A stretch of DNA of 63,718 nucleotides, taken from Vezdaea acicularis. Lineage: Eukaryota. A program made the position numbers and the translations under genes. Of the stretch, positions 1-13,082 are shown in pieces (position 1 is the stretch's first letter; each line of letters begins with the position of its first letter). The notes beneath the pieces are model-generated. The model saw only the letters and a program-made list of their open reading frames with translations. It was not told the origin of the DNA and searched no databases. The DNA lies in assembly GCA_026025075.1 (NCBI GenBank), contig JAPEUI010000044.1, positions 62,001 to 125,718 on the forward strand, given 5' to 3'.

Positions 1-3000
1 GGCACTAGACGATGACATCTTTAGCCGACTGCAAGATGAATCTGATGAGCTTATTGAGCGACTTCTGATGGTAAGATTGCCTTCGGAAAAGGTACATGAA
101 AACGAGCTTGCAATGGTCGATATGGCTGAAACAATTTTCGAGCTCCACCTCGATATATACGCAAGCATCACGAATCCTAGCAGTGAAGTTGATGAAGGGA
201 CTCGACTGACCCAGAGAGATCGGGTTTGTCGATGGTCAGGTCTTGTCAGTGACCTTATGAATATTCTAGCATCGATTTCTTCTAAAAGTCACATTCTCCT
301 CCTACGATACCAATGGGCAATGGTTCTCTTTGCGGGTTTCACCGAAGGTGTCTCACGTGAGCATAAATTGATGCTCACAGCCAGCATTAAAGCGGAGCTT
401 GAGGCCGCTGGTAGCCCGACAATCATCTTACAAAACAACGCATTGATGCCAGAGATATCCGTTGGCGCTGCGGAACGAGAGTCTTCAAGGCTCACGACAA
501 TGGACTTTTTTCTTGGTATCTTTCAAGCTGACAAAGGCGATCCGGTCAAAGTCATCGAAACGTTAGAAATTGTACTAGACCGCCCGAAAGCGGATCAGTT
601 TCAATCCGATATTACAGATGATGTGAAGAGCGATAAAAAAAGCGGGCGAGAGGGAGTTGCGCAAGACTCTCAGCAAGAGGAGCAGTCAACACCAATTGAG
701 CAGATGTCTCACTTCCTCGAGAAAGGCAGTGCCTCCCTTCGATTGTTCCTCTGGCAGAGATTACGAAGCGCTTATGAGCTGATCAAATACCCCACAAAGG
801 TTTTTTCTTGTTATCTTCGTAGCATCGAAATCATCATGAACGAGCTCAGGAGCACGACTTACATGGAAGGCTCTGCGGAACAAAGACAGATAACTCTGCT
901 TAAGTGGCTGAGATCCATGGAGGAACTTGTCACAAAATCGCTGGCTCTGGCATTAAAGGAACAGACTGCATTCGAATGCATTGACCAAGACCATCTAATT
1001 ACTTCCATGACTGCCATCGCAGAGCTAGCTAGGCTAATCCATGGCTTCACGCTCTTTGAAGATCGCGTACGAGTCGGCCAAGTCAAGCTAGGGGAAACAC
1101 CGTCCCGTTCTCCCGGTAATCCCCTTCTGCTACTGACAGTGAGGATGAGAGATATGCAAATTCGCACATGGACGTTAATGTACTTGTTATTAAAGGAGGC
1201 CATGGCGCAAAATACAGACCTTTTCCCTCACCCTCAAGAAGACCTTCTAGAGCTCATCCGCTCCATTCACCATTCTACTGGATTGCGCGCGTTCTGTCAT
1301 GCGTCAAACAAATTATTCCTGCAGTTTGCTAAACAAGAACTTTACCATTTTAGTGTTAGCGACGATTGGGATACGGAGATGACCCAGATACTTTACGACC
1401 TTCATGGCATTAAGCTCTCAGTCGACCCCTGGATAATCGCCGACCACCAATGCAATCCGGAAGCTATTGATCGAGATACCGCCGTCCAAATTGTGGATTT
1501 CGTTCTAGCACTCGTGGACAGGATGCCCTTTCGGGATCTGCCAAAAACCGAACTGAAATCAGTAATTGAAAAAATGCAGCAAGCAATTGGGGCACCAAAG
1601 GAGAGCAGTGCGTCCGTGTACAACCAGCGAATCTTCAAGTCTTTCCTCGACTCATCCATCAACCCTCTAGACTTATATCAGAGTCTCAAAGGGTTGAAAG
1701 AGCTCTCTTCTTTGACGACAACTGGCTTAACGGCGCAATTCGTGGGCAAAGGGTGGTATTTCCTACTTGGTCAGATGGCGCTGTCGAGATTCAAATCGCA
1801 GAAACGCGTTTCTCAAACACCGACTGATGATCTAGAGATAGCACGCCATTTCTTCACCCTTGATCTCGAGTGGGGAATGGAAAGATGGGAATCCTGGCTG
1901 CGACTTGCGCAAACCTTTGACACCATGCTTGAGGAGAAGGTATCATGGTCTGCAGACGCGTTGAATACGGACCGAGCAGAGATCAATGCACTACAGCGAA
2001 AAATCATCCATTGTTATACTATGGCTGTCTCAATGGCTGTCAGGTTCGCGGACGAAAGTGTCGAGACGCAATTGAAGATGACGGAGATGTACATCGATTT
2101 CGGCACTAGATTGTATTCTTCTTCGAGATCTCCTTTCGATAACTTAGCTTTTGAGTTACATGGCTATCCAAGGCATTTTAGCGGTCCAGAAGGGATGTAT
2201 TTGAAGGAGGCACATACCGAACTCAGCGACTTTAAGGCTTGGCAGCTTGCTGCCGTGCTATATCTGCGAGCTCTTGAAGACAAACCAGGGGGTTGGTAGT
2301 GAGTATCACTATCGCTGAGTTAACGTAATGACTTACTAAGACGCGCACAGCATCCACTATATGCTCGGAAAATGTTACTGGAAGATGTATAATCATAGGG
2401 ACAATTTCGGCAAAAAGGGAGAGCAGTTGGTGCCTCTGTCGTCTGTAATGAACTCAATAGTTGCGTCGATTCGATTCGTACCGATTCGGACTCGACAGGA
2501 ACCTATACTCGAGCCCCATTACAAGCTAGTGTCGGTCGTGCATAAGTGCTTCCAGCGGGGAGAATTTTCGGTAAGAACTGTTGAGGATCTGCTGAAAACG
2601 CTACTAACCTTTGTAGCTTGAGCGCGCCATTGCGTTCCTACAGAAGACACCATATGCCCAAAGGATCTCGCCACCACCAGACAATGAGATGTGGGAGCAG
2701 TACATTTTATCGATACTCAAATGCCTACGAACTGCAGATAAGGTGAATTGGCATCACCGCATGATCTCGAGGGTCTGTACTGTTTCATGGAACATTTGAA
2801 TGGTACTAAATTAAACTCCAGGTTGCCCATATTATTTACGACAATGCGCCCGATAATCCTGCTGCGACTATAGCGGCTCGCAATGAGTTCATGCAGCAGA
2901 TATTCACGAAAACGATGGTGATCCAAGTTTGGAAGCCGGAAAACGAAAGGTGAGAATCTACTAAGTACTGTCATTTAGACAAAAGCTGACAGTACATACA

Positions 3001-3941
3001 GACCTGGTCGCCATTTCGTTTATACCTCTTATTACGTAAAGTTCTTTGCCTCCTTACTGCTTAAGGTCAACGATAAGCAGAACCTTGAAGCGCTTGCAAA
3101 ACGTGTCCGAAAGAGGGGAGCCGATTTCTTCGATTACAATAGCGTCTGGACCTTTATTTGCCAAGCCTACCTGAAAGTATGATCCATGACCCGTGCTTCT
3201 ATTGATCTACTCAGAGGCTGACCCTAATCTCGTTAGGTTATTCGTCGTACTGGTGGCATTCCTGGAAGCCATGAAGAAACAATTTTCAAATCCATTAACC
3301 ATGAGACGTTTGAGCTCCATGCAGCGAGGCTGGAAACATGGTGTCATCTACCGAATACTACTCACCCTATTCTGGACGTCCTTCGCGAGGTCAACGAGCT
3401 AAAGAAGTTGAATTCGAACTTAATGAGACCAACCATGGGCATTGATGACCTTGCGGCAGATGCATATGCTAAGCTATATGAACTCGTTGTACCTGGCTTG
3501 GTTGAGCAGATGCAGGGCGAGCACCAGCGAGAGGTCATGAGTCTAGGCAATCTCTTGAGCACAGATGGGAGTTCAGAGGTGCACCCAATCGTTCCTTCTA
3601 CATCGGAGACTGGGCCCGTACGACATCGAACGAAGGGCGTTGGCAGACGTGAAGTCATAAAGCGAGCGGAGAATACCGTGACAAAGCCTCCACCGCCTCC
3701 TATCTTACCTACTCAAGCGCCGAGAGTGGTGCCGCGACCTTTAATCAGCGCAGCTGTTGTCGACCTTACATCGACACCGGAAGGGGAGAAACTTGAGGAG
3801 TTGCAAGATAGCGCTGATGACGAGAGTGAGTTGAGTGATCTCGGGGACGAGATGGAGGACGATGCGGATGAGGAGCAGGTGAAGCCGGTGTTATTTCCTG
3901 GGTTGGTTTCGAGTAGCAATACTGTCGCTGCAGGGGAATAG
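1..3941 (+). CDS. HIR3: Histone transcription regulator 3 (HIR complex subunit), 5'-truncated by the window edge
   Basis: Long ORF 68-2299 joined by hand across introns 2299-2350, 2571-2616, ~2773-2821, ~2950-3001 and ~3177-3235. Gives Hir3-type motifs (WYIHYMLGKCYWK, EPILEPHYKLVS, WHHRMI, WKPENERPGRHFVYT) and an acidic C-terminus ending at TAG 3941. Confidence 0.9.
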
Positions 3942-4218
3942 GCGTCTAACATGCATTCAATGGTGTCCTTTGGCCGGTCACTGTCATGGAGCATGGAGGG
4001 AAATCACATTGTCCAAGGTCAGGGAGTCACAAGGGTATTAGATGGATCAGACATGTAGAATAGAGAGTCATGCTTGTAACATTGTACGTACAAAACTCGA
4101 TCATGCGACACCCAAAGTCCCGCAGCTCTGCAAAAAGTTTTAGTACTATGTTAAGGGACCTTTGGGTCAAGCCACTGTGTGGCTTGTGCAGTTTTCGCTT
4201 CTCTCCGATGACAGCATA

Positions 4219-4447
4219 TGACGTAGGGCCCCCCGCGAATTCTATGCCACAATTGCTTCAGATTTTTCGGAATGACCTACAATAGAGAAAAAACAACAGG
4301 GGTACAGGGGGGGGCAGGCGGAGTGAAGCGGACATGATGCCGGCGATCCTGCACAAGCTTTTACTGCTACGTCATAGTCGTCGTACTCCAGCAGGTGCCC
4401 ATCAGATCGACAAACCTGGTTCAAAGAGCCCCAGCGCAATATATAAA
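4219..4447 (+). promoter_or_regulatory. Stress-type promoter of the dehydrin-like gene: two CRE-like sites, STRE-like AGGGG and a TATA box
   Basis: TGACGTA 4219-4225, TACGTCA 4368-4374, AGGGG at ~4298 and ~4306, TATAAA 4442-4447, about 120 bp upstream of ATG 4565. Motifs are seen directly; function is inferred. Confidence 0.5.
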
Positions 4448-4564
4448 CACCGAGATAATTTCGGCAAGCACCTAATTTAGATATACCTCACTTTTAAGAT
4501 CATCCAGAAACCAATTAACTACACAAACATCCAATAATTCTTTACACTTCACAATCAATCCAAC

Positions 4565-5787
4565 ATGTCTACGAACCCAAACACTACGCATACCAATGCT
4601 ACCGCTGGCACTGAGGCCGGCAGTGGTATCATGCATGGCCTTAAATCGGCTGTGAAAGGCATCCACGTAAGATACCGTTAGATGGTCCTCATGACCTTTG
4701 CCTAAGCTAACGATTCTACCAACAGGGCGCCGGAGAGGTCCTTCGAGGCAACATCAACCAGACCGTCGATGGAGCAACCGGCGATCGTGTTGGGATAGCC
4801 AAAAACCAGGCTGTAGCTCAGCAAGGCCTGTCTGAGGTCGACCAAAGCAAAGCGCACGCAGATATGGCAACTAGTGCAGGCACAACAACTACTGGAACTA
4901 CCACTGGCACTGGTGGGTACGGCTCCACTGGGACGCACAGGACGACCGGCACGACCGGCACGACTGGCACGACCGGCACGACTGGCACAACTGGCACGAC
5001 CGGTGCGGGATCAAGCAACTATGGTCCTCATAGCTCGACCATCGCGAATAAGCTAGACCCTCGAGTCGACTCTGATCTTGATGGTCGGGGTGCAACTGGC
5101 ACGGCCGGCACGACTGGAACGAGAGGGACGACTGGTGCGACTGGTGCAGGATCGACCAATTATGGTCCCCACAGCTCGAGTGTTGCAAATAAGTTGGATC
5201 CTCGAGTGGACTCTGATCTTGATGGCCGGGGTACTACTGGTACTACTGGTACCACTGGTACGCGAGGCACGACCGGAGCTGGGTACGGTACTACTGGTAC
5301 CACCGGGACGACAGGCACGACTGGCACCGGTTCAAGCAACTACGGCCCTCATAGCTCAACAATTGCAAACAAGTTGGACCCTCGAGTGGACTCTGATCTC
5401 GATGGTCGGGGTACCACTGGTACTACTGGTACCACTGGTACGAGAGGCACGGCCGGAGCTGGACACGGTACTACTGGTACCACAGGCACGACCGGCACGA
5501 CTGGCACGACCGGCACGGGCTCATCCAACTACGGTCCTCACAGCTCTAATATCGCAAATAAGGCCGATCCCCGAGTTGACTCTGACCGCGATGGTCGAGG
5601 AGCGACTGGCACGACCGGTACGACCGGGACTGCAGCTGGTGGATACGGTTCCTACACAGAGGTAAACAGGCCCGATGCCAACTCGTCGGTGAGGGAAAAC
5701 CCAGTGTCGTCGAACCACGGCCCGCATTCGTCGAATCTGTTGAATAAACTTGATCCGAGGGTCGACTCGAACAGAGATGGTCGTTAA
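4565..5787 (+). CDS. Fungal dehydrin-like protein (DPR-repeat, Gly/Thr-rich hydrophilin)
   Basis: ATG 4565, intron 4667-4725 (GTAAGA...GCTAAC...CAG) splices in frame into ORF 4864-5787. Five copies of N(Y/H)GPHSSxxxNKxDPRVDSxxDGR, the DPR signature of Aspergillus Dpr / Tuber DHN1-type proteins, separated by (GTT)n spacers. Confidence 0.88.
4930..5784 (+). repeat. Coding repeats: 9-bp Gly-Thr-Thr units interleaved with five DPR modules
   Basis: GGCACGACC/GGTACTACT 9-mers and ~70-bp DPR blocks near 5017, 5158, 5338, 5527 and 5713. Confidence 0.9.
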
Positions 5788-8700
5788 GATGGGCGCTTTG
5801 ATACCCCGATGGGAAATGGGATGGGGGCTTAGCTATGCTGTAGGCTAGACAAACTTGATGGAAATCAATATCTAAACAAACATACTTGAAGTGCAGATGA
5901 AAACGTCGCCCCCGGCTAATGGCATTGTGAAATTGTCGCCGATGCCTGACGTTGGCATCTGAGAATATCAACGCCAAGCTTGTGGGTGGTATTGAGTGGT
6001 CTTCACAAACTCGCTTCCTTGATGGATTCATCGAATGCGCCAAGCCAATCAATAATCCTCAGCACCGGAATTATTATTATTCCCTGAGCTTAATACACTC
6101 TCGATCACCTGCCCAAAACCCCGATTTAATTTCCGTGGATTTTAGAAGTATGCAACTGAAATTATCATCACTATCATCACGACCTTTCCCGCACCGTCAA
6201 CCCAGCAAACACATTGTTCAACTTATAAAAAAATCCCCGTAATCCGACCCATCACCAAGTACATCCAAAGCAAACAACTCAATTTCGCACAGTGCATCGT
6301 CCAAGTCAAAGATCTTCAATCCGGTCTATCGAATGCAAGACCAGGAAATGAATTTCACGGATACATGCACTTGTGCACCCATGTACTCATGCCACCCAAT
6401 ATGCAGGTATACGTGCATGCATGGCAAGCGTAACCAAACCTTACAGTACATTGAGGAGCAGGGCGAGCAAACTTTTGAGGGAGGCAAGGGGCGCCGCGGT
6501 CGGGTTTTCTGGGAGAGATCAGTTTTTCTGATGGTAGTGTTTGTTCAGAAATTGAAGCGTTGAGCTGCTATGCTAATCGAGAGAGAGGTGTGTCGTGAAT
6601 CGCATAACTTGGAGAGTTGTTCGAAACGCGAGCAGTCATAGAAAGCGCGGCGCTAGCTCGCAAGCACAAATTTCTTGGCGTTTAGGAATTCGATCCCCCC
6701 CACCACTCGTATCCATCCATAGCGCGAGGTGATCCAAAAAAAAGACTTATGGCTCTGGACAATACACTTTTTTTTCCTGTGATGGCCGCATTAATCATTC
6801 ATCTCGCCCTTCTGAGCACAGCCTCAAAAAAGACGCTATAGGAAAATGGGACTGGGTCGAGGCATATGGGGCTTGATCACGCAGGTACTGGGTCCATGGT
6901 TTGGAGGAAGTAGGGTTCGGGATGATCCATGCGGTGATGCTTGGGAGTGCATGCGAGGGCGCTCGATGTGGACGGTGGATAGGCCCCGAGATGGCTCCAT
7001 GGAGGATAGATGGGCGTATTCAGAGATTGAACTGGTGATGCGAGTTATTTCTCCAAGACGATGTTCTCTCCGAAGCACAGTTTGCAGGGTGCAATCCATG
7101 GAGGAATAGCTAGGACCACGCACTGCCAAAGCAATTCGCCAGCGCACCAGAGGAGGGTACCACGGTGGGAAAAATGAACCAGTTCATTTTGATACGTACT
7201 CGCTTGCAAATGTTCCGGTATGATCGAACCGAACGTCGGCGGAATACGGTTCCCAAGCCATCGAAAGCTTCCAAATGTCGAATGGCGAGGGTCTGGACAA
7301 TGGTGGACCTGGGGAATTAATCCGGCCCGCGTCGCCGGGACTGAGGTTCAGGATGGATGGCAAGGATGGATCACGACGAGCCGTCTGTCTGGCTTTCAAC
7401 CGGTTGTGAAGAACTGTGCAACCGAACACGCGATCAACGATCGTGAGTGCGGCTTGGAAGGAGAAGGTCGTCCGGGGAATTAAGCCGTGTGCTTTTTGCC
7501 ACGCGAGCATGAATTTAGCTGGAGATTTAAAGCAATTCGGCCAATCGGCGGCCGCGAAAATGCCCACCCCTACCATGAATTGCCTTTGACGGGGTATGCG
7601 TAGCCGGTCTGTCACGATCGGTGATGGACCTCCCCTAGGATGTCAAACGAGTTGAAATTGAAGGGGCATCGACCGTCGCTTTGATCGTGACCGGGCAAGT
7701 CACGATGCTGTCAGGGCTTGCCACGGTGGAGACGGAGAGAAACGATGGGGAGAGGTTGCTGGGCTTGGTCATGGAAATTCGAAAAGGTCGGCCGGCGTGG
7801 CTTTCCCTCGCTGTGATAGGTGACACTGGAACGTTGAGTGCACATGTATGTGCGGTTGGTCGCCTCCGATGCCGCACTGCAACCGTGCTACACCGTGCTC
7901 AGTGCGCTGTCCGGAATACAAAATGTGCTGGGTCAATCTCTTGCACGGTGGCTCTGTGGGCGTGTCCAAGACGACCGTGGGTCGGCGAGTGCGCCAAGCG
8001 ACGATCCCTCGCACAGTCCCAATACGAGCGCCATTCCGGGTGCATCGCTGCTGCAGGAATAAATAGTGACTTCATTGTGAGTCCAGCGCACCGTTCGACG
8101 ATGCGTAGCAAATTGTGTTGTCGATGCAGCGACTGCATTGGTCGCTGCAGACAATATAACGTCGTCCGTTCGAAATGTCTTTCCCTCCGCCAGCTTTTCT
8201 CTCTTCTTTCGATCGGTGGGTCGTCGGACAAACAACAACCGCCGCTCGGTCGGCGTCTCGCTTGGACGGAGCCCCACACCCCGTTGTCGCGCGTTTCACC
8301 CCATCCACGAAGCTTGTCGTTGTTTCGACGTCCCACCCGCTGCCACCAATCCATAATTAGACGGACGAAGCAACGATGGCCATTCGTCGGCTTCTTCGAA
8401 AATGAACGGCCTGCGTCGCCGATTGGCTGCGCGTGGTGGAGCCGCAGGACCAGCGAAGCATCGCGAACGATGCTGTGGAAGGGGAGTGTATTTCGGTCGT
8501 ATGTCCCCGGACCAGATGAAGGGACCCTGAGCGCGTCGCCCATCCGCCGTCGCCGTCTCCCCAAGTTTGCTGTCCATTGGAATTGCAGAGGATTCCCGGA
8601 TGGCAATCGGCTTAATAGAGTAAGTGGGCAATCAATCGCCCAGCGGCAGATTCGTGCAGCACGTGTCCCTCTTTTCCGCTTTCGAGCTGGCGACGAGAAC

Positions 8701-9796
8701 GATGGATGCGGTGATCCCGGCTCAATCGCGACCGAAACGGTGCGCGACGAAAAGGGGTGAGAGAGAGGGCCCGGACGGCAATGCGCACCGATACGTATTC
8801 TGGAGTCCGGGTGCAGAATGGCCAGGGCGGCGCCGGGTGAACGTGTCGCTGCCCTCTCGCTCGTCCCTGGCCGCCCCTGCTCGTTCCTGCATTAGCGTGC
8901 CCGGTGCATCCTGTAACGCAGGCGGCCAGGGCCAGGAGATGGCTTGTTTCACCGCTCGAGCCACGCCCGCGGCTGGCCAAGCCATTGGCCGGCGCCTCGG
9001 CGCTCCCCTGGCGCGTCTGCCACACCCGAGCCCGCAAAAGCAGCGACTGGTCGTTTGGACGTCGCCCCTCCCTTGGCCCACAACCCACCGGCCGCCGACC
9101 TGTGACATGGCCGAGAACAACTCTAAACCGTCTGTGCTTCAACCTCATCCCAACCCACCCGCCCACGCGCACCCGATGGCTGCTTTGCCTGCTGGCTGCC
9201 AAAGGCGCGCGCAAAGGGACCTTTCATGGCCTACCCTTCATGCCGGTTCACTCTGTGACACCGGCCCTGCGACGCTAGCCCCGCCGGCCTCGCACAAAGC
9301 CTGTCCGCTCTCTGGCATACGCCAAGAGGGGAAAGACGAAAGAGCTTGATACCGATTCATCCAATCCGGCCCGGGGGTTTCAGCCAGATCGTGTGTCCCA
9401 CCCGATGTCCATGGTCTGAAAGGCGGTCCCCCGACTGCCGCCCTTCCCTGTCCCCTCTCTATCCCCAGTCGTGACCATGGACCGTATAACATAAGGTGCC
9501 GCCCACCTCATGCAATCGTCCATTCCTCCTCTTTGTTCCATTCCCTCCAGTCATCCGTTCTCCGCGAGTCCTCCTTCTCCCCTACCAAAGTCATTCGTTT
9601 TCTTTGGTAGCTTCCTTCTCTGTTCAACCTTACTTTCACTTTTGCCAGCATCCGCGCCTCTCTTTACAGACGTTCGCTCTAGTAGTGTATTTACCGCATC
9701 CACCAGCATAGCTCACCTACCTTTCGAGCATATTTACCCAATATTTAACTCAGCCCAGAGCTAGTCTCTGCGCCCAACATTCTTTATTTAATCAAT

Positions 9797-12524
9797 ATGA
9801 AGGCCTCCACGACCTCCACACTCCTTGCCCTTGGCCTGGCTGTTCAGCAGGCTGCAGCAACAGTAAGATATTCCTGTCCGCGCAGTCCGAGGGGGCACCA
9901 TGGCTAATCATTTGCAGGGTGGCCTTTGGGGACCGTCCGTGGGAAGCTATCCTTGTGTGGCTGCCAGTGACAATCAATGTACCCAGGACCAGAAGGGCGG
10001 GTTTGACTTTGGCACCTTGGCCGTTGGCTCTTTCAACGCCTATGCCGGCTTTAATTTCGAGGGGTTCTCATGTCAGAATCAATTCTCGAAGCGGGATGGA
10101 TTGGCCAAACGGACCTTCGACGTAAGGAAATCTTATGTTCATGAGTCCTCTTCACGCTAATCATTTCTCCAGGGCAAATGCATTGAAGGCAAAGCTTCTG
10201 GCAACACCGGTCCGAAAATGTCCTGCGGTCAGCAGCAGCCATTCTCCATCTCGTCCATCGACATTTCCGTCGAGATCGATATTGAGCTCGCTTTCGAATA
10301 CGAGATGCCGAGTGGTAATACGTGCAAGCATCAGACCATGTGCAGCAAGCACGGGTCGACTATTACCAACGACCAATGCGGTGGTGCTACTGCGGTCGTC
10401 GTCAAGTCAGGCAACGGAACCGACTGCAACATTGGTATCCACAAGATCAACTTTGACTGCTCTCCTCCACAGTCGACCGTCACTCCGTCAACGACCTATT
10501 CGGTCCCCGCGAAGACTCCTTCAACACCAGTGGTGTCGAAGCCAGGGACTTCACCAGTAACGAAGCCAGAGAGCGTCCCCACTCCATCGCCGTCTGTGCC
10601 GGGCAGCAGTGGAACCACGCCTTCTCCGTCGCTGACAACGTCGACCGTCTATACGACCACTGTTCACACCGTCACCAGCTGTGCTTCAACTGTCAAGAAC
10701 TGCCCGGCGGAGTCGACGGTTCTGGTGACTTCGACCATTGCCGCATATACGACGGTGTGCCCCGTGACGCAGACCGAGAGCAAGCCTACGACTGCCCCGA
10801 CTACTGCCCCGACGACAGCTCCGACGACGGCCCCGACGACAGCTCCGACGACGGCCCCGACGACAGCTCCGACGACGGCCCCGACGACATCTACTACTCC
10901 GTCCACGTCGACCACTCCATCAACGACTGCTACTCCGACTACATCGACCACTCCGTCGACCAGCACCACTCCGGCTTCAACACCCAGCACCTCGTCGACG
11001 ACTACCACTCCGTCCACGCCCACGGCTGGCCCGACCACCGCAACCACACCCACTGAGACGACCACGCCAAGCACGACGAAGCCCACTCTGACGACCTCGA
11101 CCGTGTACACGACAACCATCAACACCGTCACTAGCTGCGCTTCCACCGTCAAGAACTGCCCGGCCGAGTCAACCGTCTTGGTCACGTCGACAATCGCTGC
11201 TTATACGACCGTCTGCCCAGTCACCGAGACGGAGACCAAGCCGACCACGACCACCACTCCAACGTCTGCTCCAGAGACCAAGCCGACGACCGCCCCAACC
11301 ACTGCTCCCACCACTGCCCCTACCACCACACCTACGACATATACTACGCCCTCTACCTCGACGACTTCTCCATCAACAACCCCATCTACTACCTCGTCTT
11401 TGAGCTCAACCTCGACCACGACCGCTACGACGACTACGACCACCTCTTCAGGATCTACGGCTGGTCCAACGACTTCACCCAAGCCCACAACTACCCCCAC
11501 TACCTCCGCCACCCCTACCACCTCTCCAACACCGTCTGAGAGCATTACCACTGTCATGCAAGTAATTTCCTGCTATTGTCAAAGCTCGCCGCTAACATGG
11601 TCTAGTATCTACTCGAGCGTCACCACCTGCCCAGTGACCCAGACCGTGACGACATCCTCGTCGACGACGGTGCAGACAACTTACTCTCTCTCTACGGTCT
11701 TGGTCACCACCACTTCCACGATCTGCACCAAGTGCCAGTCGATGACCACCTCGACTGCCAACGCCATCACCTCCCCGAGTGCCTCCCCATCCAGCCCTCC
11801 ACCAGCTGCCAGCGGCTGCCCAGAGCTTCTCCCCAAGTGCATGAACACCTGGCTCTTCCAGACTGGCTGCCAGGATTCGACAGATACCATCTGCTATTGC
11901 ACAAGCTCCAACTTTACCAACAACGTCATCAGCTGTATCCAGGCATGGGGTGGCTCCGCTTCCGAGGTGACCAGCGCGATCCAGTACCTCCAGGGCATCT
12001 GCGCACCTCAGATCAAGCAGAACCCGGGCATCATCACCGCCGTGCCTTCGACCATCACCACTGGTCCTAAGACCACCACCGCGTCCACGGGCACCACCGC
12101 CGCCCCGGCTGGCTCAAGCGCTCCTCCAGCACCCGCCTCGTCCGTCTGCCCATCGACCACGTTGACCATCGTCCAAACCTTGACGGTGCCCTGCCCCACC
12201 TCGTCCGGCGCAACCACCGCTCCCAGCTCCACTGTCAGCGTTCTGAGCACCGTTGTCACCGTCCCCCAGGTCACCCTGCTCACCAACCAAGGCACCAGCA
12301 CGTCGTCCGTCTACATTGCTCAGCAAACCGCCAACCCGGCCCAGGCGACGCCCTCGATCACAGCGACCTCGGGTGTGGCGGCTCCGACTACTTACAAGCC
12401 CACCGGCACCGGCAGCCCCACCGCCACGTTCACCGGCGCGGCCGCCCGCGTCGGCACCAAGGGCGGAGTCTCCGCGGCAGGTGGTGTCGTGCTCGGCGCG
12501 CTTGTCATGGCGTTGCACCTGTAA
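9797..12524 (+). CDS. MAD1: MAD1-like adhesin: signal peptide, Cys-rich N-domain, Thr-rich repeats, CFEM-like domain, GPI signal
   Basis: ATG 9797 MKASTTSTLLALGLAVQQAAAT; introns 9863-9917, 10122-10172 and probably GC-AG 11558-11605. N-domain (CTQDQKGGFDF, YAGFNF, FEYEMPSGNTCK, NDQCGGA) resembles Metarhizium Mad1 as recalled; CPELLPKCMNTW...CYC...CIQAWG...QGIC CFEM-like block; C-terminal FTGAA plus hydrophobic tail. Confidence 0.85.
10785..10889 (+). repeat. Coding minisatellite (PTTA)x8, 12-bp unit with a 24-bp higher-order repeat
   Basis: CCGACGACAGCT-CCGACGACGGCC repeated three times inside eight PTTA units. Confidence 0.92.
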
Positions 12525-13082
12525 ATGCAGATGGATGGACGGACTTTGTATAGCATACTTTTCTTTTCCTTTTCCTTTGTCTTTTTTCTTGCTCTTAGGA
12601 CGGGGGGGTGTTAACTCTCTCTCTCGCTTTGCATATTTCCGGGAAAAAATAAGCGACTGCGCTTGGCAGGGCAAGGGGGGTGTGGTAATGGGTATATAAT
12701 TGCGCGTACAGACGGGTATCGTGCGTAGATATGTGGTGGCGGGGAAAGAAATATCAAAGAGTTTTTAACTTACTCGTTGTCTTGCGTGAGCCGATTGTGT
12801 GATGTGATGTGCAGACCTTGTTTTGGGGCTTTTTGACACGCGAGAGTCCGTGCCGCGGTGAAACGCGGGCGCGATCTGCGGCAGGGTGCAGATCAAGACC
12901 CTGATGTGTGGTTAGCGAGCGGCTGAACTTGGCGGTGGCCCTACTAGGGCTTACTTCTATCTGATGCTTATTTCTCGCTGATGCTTCTTATGCTCTGCTC
13001 TTCTTGTTCTTGGTTTTCATGTTCGTGAACATGGAAAAGTATTTGCTTGTCTTTGCGATTGTTTCACTGCTAAGTTCGTGCG

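Noticed and set aside
7681..9349. Long ORFs (359, 235, 241 aa) upstream of MAD1
   Set aside because: Arg/Pro/Ala-rich, overlapping on both strands, mostly non-ATG starts, no motifs; consistent with GC-rich non-coding DNA.
10664..11557. Val/Gly-rich minus-strand ORFs
   Set aside because: Antisense shadows of the Thr/Pro repeats of the adhesin.
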